From the IMG/VR virus record IMGVR_UViG_3300005747_000096, positions 1 through 53,443 of that record: 53,443 nucleotides of DNA; one strand, written 5' to 3'. A program made the translations under genes and the position numbers. Every line of letters starts with the position of its first letter. The first letter of the stretch is position 1. This document shows positions 47,894 to 53,443 of this stretch, piece after piece. The notes under the pieces are model-generated. The model was not told where the DNA came from and ran no database searches. It saw nothing but the letters and a program-made list of their open reading frames with translations. This DNA comes from a virus. Taxonomy: Duplodnaviria > Caudoviricetes.

Positions 47894-48621
47894 TGGATGC
47901 CTTCCTTGTGGTCGTTGAATCTGGCATACGCTGCCAGTGCGATACCGCCTAAAGCACAGAGCAAAAAGATAGTCTTCATGCTATCGCTATAGGGAACCAA
48001 GGCTTCGATCTGAGGGGCAATTTCGCCCAGCGCCGTAGCGGCCCCAGCTACACCAGCGCCCACCATAGTCTTAGACTTAGTAAGTGGCTTAACTGCTTCG
48101 GCAGTAACCTTTTGAGCCATCATCGGCCCACCCTCATCAGACGGTAGTTGGGCGTCACGGGAGAAGATAGCGGCTTCGGCTGAACGGCGGCGTGTCAGAC
48201 CCCGAAGAGGTGTTAACTTGCCATCTACCCTGGCTTTGTTCCATCTTAGAAATTGCTCTGGTACGGCGTCATAATTTCCAGAGTTCAGTAGGCGCAGCAA
48301 AGTTGATGACTTGAAGTTGCCACCGCCCAAGTTGAAAACGAAGGACGTTAAAGCGTCATACTGGCCTTGCGATAATGGTACGTTAACGTATTTTTTAACG
48401 ATCTTGCCGTGTTCATCTAAGTCTTCCATCAACCGCTTTTCGGCATAATCCACAGTCCACTTGTCGCCAGACCTTACGCCTTTCGTGGCACCATATCCGT
48501 TTGTCCAACGGTTTGCGACACAGCGGTAGGCGTGGACTAATCCATCGTCACCCATCTTATGTAGGCCTTCGAACTTCTTCACTAAATCAACGCATTGCTG
48601 CGATACACTTACGGGATGCAT
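47890..48621 (-). CDS. GH24 lysozyme (endolysin) with C-terminal hydrophobic helices
   Basis: 'KKFEGL..AYRC..WTNGYG', 'YDALTSFVFNLG', 'GLTRRRSAE'; likely start MHPVSV at 48621. Confidence 0.9.
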   Translation of the reverse strand: MHPVSVSQQCVDLVKKFEGLHKMGDDGLVHAYRCVANRWTNGYGATKGVRSGDKWTVDYAEKRLMEDLDEHGKIVKKYVNVPLSQGQYDALTSFVFNLGGGNFKSSTLLRLLNSGNYDAVPEQFLRWNKARVDGKLTPLRGLTRRRSAEAAIFSRDAQLPSDEGGPMMAQKVTAEAVKPLTKSKTMVGAGVAGAATALGEIAPQIEALVPYSDSMKTIFLLCALGGIALAAYARFNDHKEGIH

Positions 48622-48706
48622 ACTACTTCCTTTGGGGTATAAATTTTTAGGGGGATACAATCATTATAAATAATTAAGTGGCATTAATCAACCCCTAATT
48701 GATACA

Positions 48707-49543
48707 TCAAATACGGCTTTCTAATTCTGATATACGGTCATTGGCTTGCTGTAGTGCTGCCCAAAGAACAGGCACAAGGCTGCTATAATCTACAGTTTGA
48801 TAGACAGGCATACCATCTATGTCCTCTGCGTCTTTTTCTCCAAATACAGCCCAGGGAGCCACCTCTTGTAACTCATGGGCCATAAACATTGCACGGGTCT
48901 GCGTGTCACTTTCCCGCTTACCCATAAAAGCATCGACAGACATGATCATATCGGTTGCTGCATATAAATCGCTTTCAACTGTCTTGGTTCTGTAATCAGA
49001 AGTCGTTACATAGCTGGCGGCTGAAACTGCATTTGTAACTGTAGCACTGTCGCCCGTAATATCGCCCGTAACCGAAGCATCGCCGCTCAAGAATAAATCC
49101 TGCCAACGATTATTGTTTGTGCCTAGGTCTTTGGTGTTTGTTGTATCAGGAACCAATGCACCCTCAGCCACACTGATATGAGCCAAGGCTTGCCACACCG
49201 CATTGTCTGCAGTGGAGTCAGCGCAGACATGCATACGATCTGTGGTCACGTTCACCCATACTGACCCGACTGCATATCCCAAATCCGTATCATCATTGAC
49301 CGTAGGATCTGCCGTAGCATCCAGCTTGTTTAAGCCACCCACTCCACCATTAGCGGCAGGTAGGTAGCCGGTGACTGAGCTTGCTAGAGGTATCTTTGCG
49401 CTATCGCCAGCAACGCCCGTATGCGTATGGCCGCTGGTTCCAAAGGCCGTCTGTAATTGGTTAAACTCTGCGTTCAGCGGCGCTGCAGTAATATCCAGCG
49501 TGTTCTGAATGGAGCTTGCTGATTGTCTGGTATATCCTGCCAT
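48707..49543 (-). CDS. Tail fibre/spike base protein with peptidase S74-like C-terminus
   Basis: 'MAGYTRQS..LNAEFNQL..GHTHTG'; C-terminal 'SDYRTK..FMAHELQ..VDYSSLVPVL'. Confidence 0.75.
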   Translation of the reverse strand: MAGYTRQSASSIQNTLDITAAPLNAEFNQLQTAFGTSGHTHTGVAGDSAKIPLASSVTGYLPAANGGVGGLNKLDATADPTVNDDTDLGYAVGSVWVNVTTDRMHVCADSTADNAVWQALAHISVAEGALVPDTTNTKDLGTNNNRWQDLFLSGDASVTGDITGDSATVTNAVSAASYVTTSDYRTKTVESDLYAATDMIMSVDAFMGKRESDTQTRAMFMAHELQEVAPWAVFGEKDAEDIDGMPVYQTVDYSSLVPVLWAALQQANDRISELESRI

Positions 49544-51222
49544 TATCTTTTCCCTGACTGTGCAAATTCAAATACTAGCCCTTGAATAGAATGTGGGCTG
49601 GCTACTGCGTCCGTTACGAAGGTAGCTCTAGTCGAGTAGCCGCTGCCTTGTATGTCCGACACGATGACGGGCTTACTAGAGCCGCCGTATTTAACGTCTG
49701 TAGCGTTATAAGTGATGTTTCTTCCACCATAGACTGTAGGTGCGCCGGTAGAGTTCTGACTGTAATCCCGTGGCGTAGAGGTGTCTGGATCAGACCAATC
49801 GTACTCTATGTTAAGCAGCATAGTGAATGGGCCTTCTGCCCTGATAAACGTATTCAGCTTATGAATCACCTTGCGGATTTCAGTGTCGCCAAAGTCTAAA
49901 AACGGCGTGGAATAGAGGCTGATAATGTTATCACCGGCTAGGCTGTTGCCTGTCTCTTGGCGATATACCTTACCATCAAAACCACCATGTAAGACGTACT
50001 CTTCTGCACCTATGTATTCACTTGTACAGACCGATACTTTAAAGCCTAGTAGCTCAGAAAACTCCCAGCCCATGCCTTGTGGAGTACTGGTTAACCCCCC
50101 CAGTATGCCTTTGCCTTCAGAGGTATTGTCGCCCACAAAGAATCGGATCTGAGACTTAGCTCTGATCACAGTAGAATTAAGCGTATCCAAATCCTCGTTA
50201 CGGATAATATCAGTCAGCTTGCCTTGTATGTTTTTGCTGATTGAGCGGATCTCTACATCACCGATATTAGCCGTACCTGATACAGGGCGTAGGCCATCAG
50301 GGCTTAGGAATATTAGATCCCCGCCTAGCTCCTGCACAGAGTCACGGGCTACGCATCCCACGTTGCTGGTTACATTGTCGGGCTTAAACGGAGCAGTCGC
50401 ACCTTGAGCCGTATTCTTAGCGAGCTTCTTAATGGCGTTCTGCCCGAATACAAATAAATCCTCACGAAACGGCTTTAGCTGTACGACTTTAAATCCTGCA
50501 GAATACTGATGACTATCAGCCGCCGTGGTCCAAGTGTATGGATCTTGTGGTGCTGAATGAGAAATCCCGTTCTGGTAGCTCGTATCGCCAGCGATAAACA
50601 GGTAGTCCTCAAACACTTCTACAGTCTCAGGGGCGTCATAAGCATTAGGGCCACCGGCACTAGACGATCCACCTGAGTTAGTTGAGAGTACCTGCTTCCA
50701 GTTCGTACCGTCGAAGATTGTCAGGGGGTTTATACCATCAACAAAGGCCACCATAGAGCCGCTGCCAAAGTTAAACTGCACATGGCGTATCTTGTTAATT
50801 GTCTTAGAGCCGCTAACGGTATTATGTGTTAGGCCGGTAGTGATTTTACTCCATCCAGAGCCAGTAATGTGTTTCCAGAAAGAGTAAGTATTTCCAGAAA
50901 CATCCTTACGTGCGGCTATAATGTAAGGCGATCCCAAAATTTCATTACGGTACATGCAGAGGCCAAGGATTTTACCTTCGGCTACAGGATTGCTAGAACC
51001 GTCGAGCGCCTGTACTTCCTGCCCATACTCACCGCCAGAGTAGGTAACCGTAGTATCGTAATGGTCAAAGCCTTCGATGCGTCGATACCCGCCGAATAAA
51101 CTAGGCTCGTAGTTCATCAAGCGGGTAGCCGCACCGGGGAAGTTAGCAGCCAGATCCAAATGGTTCTCATTGCTATTTAACCCGCCCTTGCAGATTACTT
51201 TATATGAGTCGATACGATCCAC
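49543..51222 (-). CDS. Tail nozzle (tubular protein B-like)
   Basis: 559 aa beta-propeller-like, 'GGLN', 'GGYRRIEGF', 'DLIFLSPDGLR'; follows the adaptor. Confidence 0.8.
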   Translation of the reverse strand: MDRIDSYKVICKGGLNSNENHLDLAANFPGAATRLMNYEPSLFGGYRRIEGFDHYDTTVTYSGGEYGQEVQALDGSSNPVAEGKILGLCMYRNEILGSPYIIAARKDVSGNTYSFWKHITGSGWSKITTGLTHNTVSGSKTINKIRHVQFNFGSGSMVAFVDGINPLTIFDGTNWKQVLSTNSGGSSSAGGPNAYDAPETVEVFEDYLFIAGDTSYQNGISHSAPQDPYTWTTAADSHQYSAGFKVVQLKPFREDLFVFGQNAIKKLAKNTAQGATAPFKPDNVTSNVGCVARDSVQELGGDLIFLSPDGLRPVSGTANIGDVEIRSISKNIQGKLTDIIRNEDLDTLNSTVIRAKSQIRFFVGDNTSEGKGILGGLTSTPQGMGWEFSELLGFKVSVCTSEYIGAEEYVLHGGFDGKVYRQETGNSLAGDNIISLYSTPFLDFGDTEIRKVIHKLNTFIRAEGPFTMLLNIEYDWSDPDTSTPRDYSQNSTGAPTVYGGRNITYNATDVKYGGSSKPVIVSDIQGSGYSTRATFVTDAVASPHSIQGLVFEFAQSGKR

Positions 51223-51965
51223 TATAAGCCACTCACTGATCTAAAACTGGCTGAAGCATTACCGCCGCCGAAGTTAACTCTGGTGTCTCTGACTTCGCTG
51301 TAGCTGTTGATGTATTGGGATTTCATGTCGGCTATAGCCCGTTCAAAATTGCGCTGGGCTAATTGGGCCGACTCTGGATTATCCTTGAACATATAGATGT
51401 GATACAGCGCACCTTCTACGAAGATTGGTGTCAGTACGTCTGGATAGACTGAAGCGCCGGTAGGTGTATCATTATATGCTACAAGCTCAGTCGGGTGCAG
51501 GAAGTATCGAAACTCTAGTCGGTACGGCTTATCGGGTGCTGGGCTGATGCCAAATCCTACGCCGTGGCTGGGGAATACATATTCAGGGCGACTGATACCG
51601 GACGAAGCTGCGTCATCGTCTTTATCCCGATAGCTCTTGTACCATACATCCCTATCTATGTACTGCAGTGAACGGTTCTCTGTGGAGTAGGTTCCATCAC
51701 CCACGATCTGAAAAGAGTTCCACTCCAGCGTCTTGGCCCTAGTTGGATTACTATATTCTGTCTGCCCAACTACAACCTGAGTAAGCTCTTGGGCAGCATT
51801 AAAAGGCCACTCAAATTGCTGTGCGTTGAAGTCAAATATAGCGCTGTTAATCGCATCCTTAGCCGCCGCCTGTATGCCACGAGCGTTTTCAAAGTCAGAT
51901 TGCGTAAGTTCGACTTCATTGAGTCGCCTTAGAACCCGATTAGTCAGGTCAATAAAAGTAGTCAT
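51222..51965 (-). CDS. Tail adaptor (tubular protein A-like)
   Basis: 'LTNRVLRRLNE', 'EWPFN', 'SPAPDKPY'. Confidence 0.8.
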   Translation of the reverse strand: MTTFIDLTNRVLRRLNEVELTQSDFENARGIQAAAKDAINSAIFDFNAQQFEWPFNAAQELTQVVVGQTEYSNPTRAKTLEWNSFQIVGDGTYSTENRSLQYIDRDVWYKSYRDKDDDAASSGISRPEYVFPSHGVGFGISPAPDKPYRLEFRYFLHPTELVAYNDTPTGASVYPDVLTPIFVEGALYHIYMFKDNPESAQLAQRNFERAIADMKSQYINSYSEVRDTRVNFGGGNASASFRSVSGL

Positions 51966-51977
51966 GTATGGGCCTTT

Positions 51978-53443
51978 TTAAGCTGCGTTTTTAAACGGGC
52001 TGCTTGGGGTAGAAGTTGATGTGGTTGCAAATGGCGACACATTTAGATCAGAACTTCTTGAAGTAAACGGAGGCTCAATAACGCTAGTGGTTATGTTCTG
52101 AGCGCCCCTAGCATTCACGATAGGAATGTTAACAGTACTGTTAATAGTACCAGTGAGTGTCAGAGTAGCATTGGCGCTAGTCTGGCTGTTAATATTAGCA
52201 ACAGCACCGCTGGAGAACACGCCTTCGGGATTGGCTTGAGAGGTAACCCCAATACTGGTGGACGGCTTACCATCTGCGACTGCATCGGCATCGATGCTGG
52301 TGGTTGATGCTACACTCGCCGCTGCAGAGGCATCCCTAATACGATCAAACGAAATAACTGCTGAGGTTTCAATGTCGGCAGTTACTTTTGGCTGTGCAAC
52401 TAATTGAGCAGCTATAGGTGCCGTACATGAAATCGTTGCTGAAATAAATGACGTTGATACTCGGTCTGCATCAATCGTCGCTGTAGAAGCCACGGTCGCA
52501 GCGGCCTCGCCTAGTTTTACGATTTGAGCATCGATTGAGGCGTTACTCTCGATTTCTGCAATAATACGATCAGCGAGAGCGCCGGTTACTGCAGCAACGA
52601 AGGTATATGTTTCTTCGGCCTCTGAGTTCTGTGGAACAGATCCGGTTGCTGTGGCAGCAAAGGTATATGTCTCATCAGCTTCAGAGTTCTGTGGAATAGA
52701 TCCGGTTGCTGTGGCAGCGAAGGTGTAAGTGGTGTCAGTAACCACCCCATCAAATACTTGCCCTACAGCATTAGCAGAAAAGGTATACGTTTCTTCGGCT
52801 GCAATATCGACGCCAATACCAGCATTCAAAGAACCAGTAAATTCTAGGGTTTCATCGACAGCCGCATTAGTGCCAATAGAGCCAGCCACTGTGGCAGCAA
52901 GGTCGTAGCTAGTATCAGTCTCAGCGTTTGTGCCAGTAGATCCAGATAATGTAGCAGTAAGGTTGTAGCTAGTATCAGTCTCAGCGTTTGTGCCGGTAGA
53001 TCCAGATAATGTAGCTGATATGGCATATGTTTCGTCGGCGTTGGCCTGTCTAAATTCTTCGCCAACTGCAGCGGTGACTGATATTACATCAGCACTGGCA
53101 GCGGATTTTATCGTCCTAGCAGGGTCTACTGAACTGGTATATAAGAAGTTGGCCGCAGCTTCTGCTAACCGAAGTCGAATACTGTCATTGACTGAGCTAG
53201 ATGAAGATATATCAGCGGTAACATCCGCTACCCGTACTCTGTTAACTTCAATTGTAGAAGATAGTACAGAAGATGTATCGGCTTCACCGTCTATTACTAT
53301 TTCACTGTCAGCCGACGATGTAGATAGTATTTCACCAGACGCAGCGGCGGTTATTACCTGTAGTCTACCAGTAACCGTGGATGCAACAGTGTACGTTTCA
53401 TCAACATTAGCATCTGTACCCGTAGAAGCAGCTACCGTCCCAG
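51978..53443 (-). CDS. C-terminal part of large repetitive virion protein (5' end outside this edge)
   Basis: The frame of 51978..52889 stays open to the window end (GTVAASTGTDANVDETYTVAST...); 20-aa DETY/DTSY repeats. Confidence 0.8.
   Translation of the reverse strand, partial: GTVAASTGTDANVDETYTVASTVTGRLQVITAAASGEILSTSSADSEIVIDGEADTSSVLSSTIEVNRVRVADVTADISSSSSVNDSIRLRLAEAAANFLYTSSVDPARTIKSAASADVISVTAAVGEEFRQANADETYAISATLSGSTGTNAETDTSYNLTATLSGSTGTNAETDTSYDLAATVAGSIGTNAAVDETLEFTGSLNAGIGVDIAAEETYTFSANAVGQVFDGVVTDTTYTFAATATGSIPQNSEADETYTFAATATGSVPQNSEAEETYTFVAAVTGALADRIIAEIESNASIDAQIVKLGEAAATVASTATIDADRVSTSFISATISCTAPIAAQLVAQPKVTADIETSAVISFDRIRDASAAASVASTTSIDADAVADGKPSTSIGVTSQANPEGVFSSGAVANINSQTSANATLTLTGTINSTVNIPIVNARGAQNITTSVIEPPFTSRSSDLNVSPFATTSTSTPSSPFKNAA
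52624..53015. repeat. 60-bp-period coding tandem repeats
   Basis: Near-identical pairs at 52624-52664/52684-52724 and 52905-52955/52965-53015. Confidence 0.85.

Noticed and set aside
52594-53030. Diversity-generating retroelement TR/VR pair
   Set aside because: Repeats are in-frame tandem coding units, differences are not adenine-specific, and no reverse transcriptase is present
1-53443. Integrated prophage with host flanks
   Set aside because: No host genes at either edge, attP is intact and internal, and both ends fall in one phage gene

Overview
The window is an almost complete (~53 kb), circularly permuted genome of a marine podovirus of the HMO-2011 type: PolA with a DnaJ-type zinc-finger insert, class II RNR, ThyX, MazG and a tyrosine integrase. 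The host is very probably Rhodobacteraceae/Roseobacter group, because the attP core copies the 3' half of a Rhodobacteraceae-style tRNA-fMet. The contig is broken inside a repetitive virion gene that starts at 186 (-) and whose 3' part is at 51978-53443 (-). Layout: a minus-strand packaging/capsid/tail/lysis arm (19061 to 1, then 53443 to 38456); a compositionally distinct minus-strand 'early' block (19330-24300: Gp88-like, DUF932, C5-MTase-like and small ORFs); and a plus-strand integration/replication arm (24371-38329). The most novel signal is a candidate RNA-based translational control system missed by the ORF track: (i) a ~70-nt promoter+terminator sRNA at 38385-38452 that is antisense to the repeated non-canonical RBS of the early genes 14-17 kb away; (ii) a cuckoo/CcsR-like anti-Shine-Dalgarno sRNA at 24686-24762; (iii) an unannotated DUF1127 (CcaF1-like) small RNA-binding protein; (iv) an early block lacking GGAG/CTCC altogether. 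There is also a genome-wide promoter-embedded operator motif (TGCCACTYARTTR) and a recurring RNA internal-loop motif in the capsid and scaffold leaders. All family calls come from motif recognition by eye; no searches were run.
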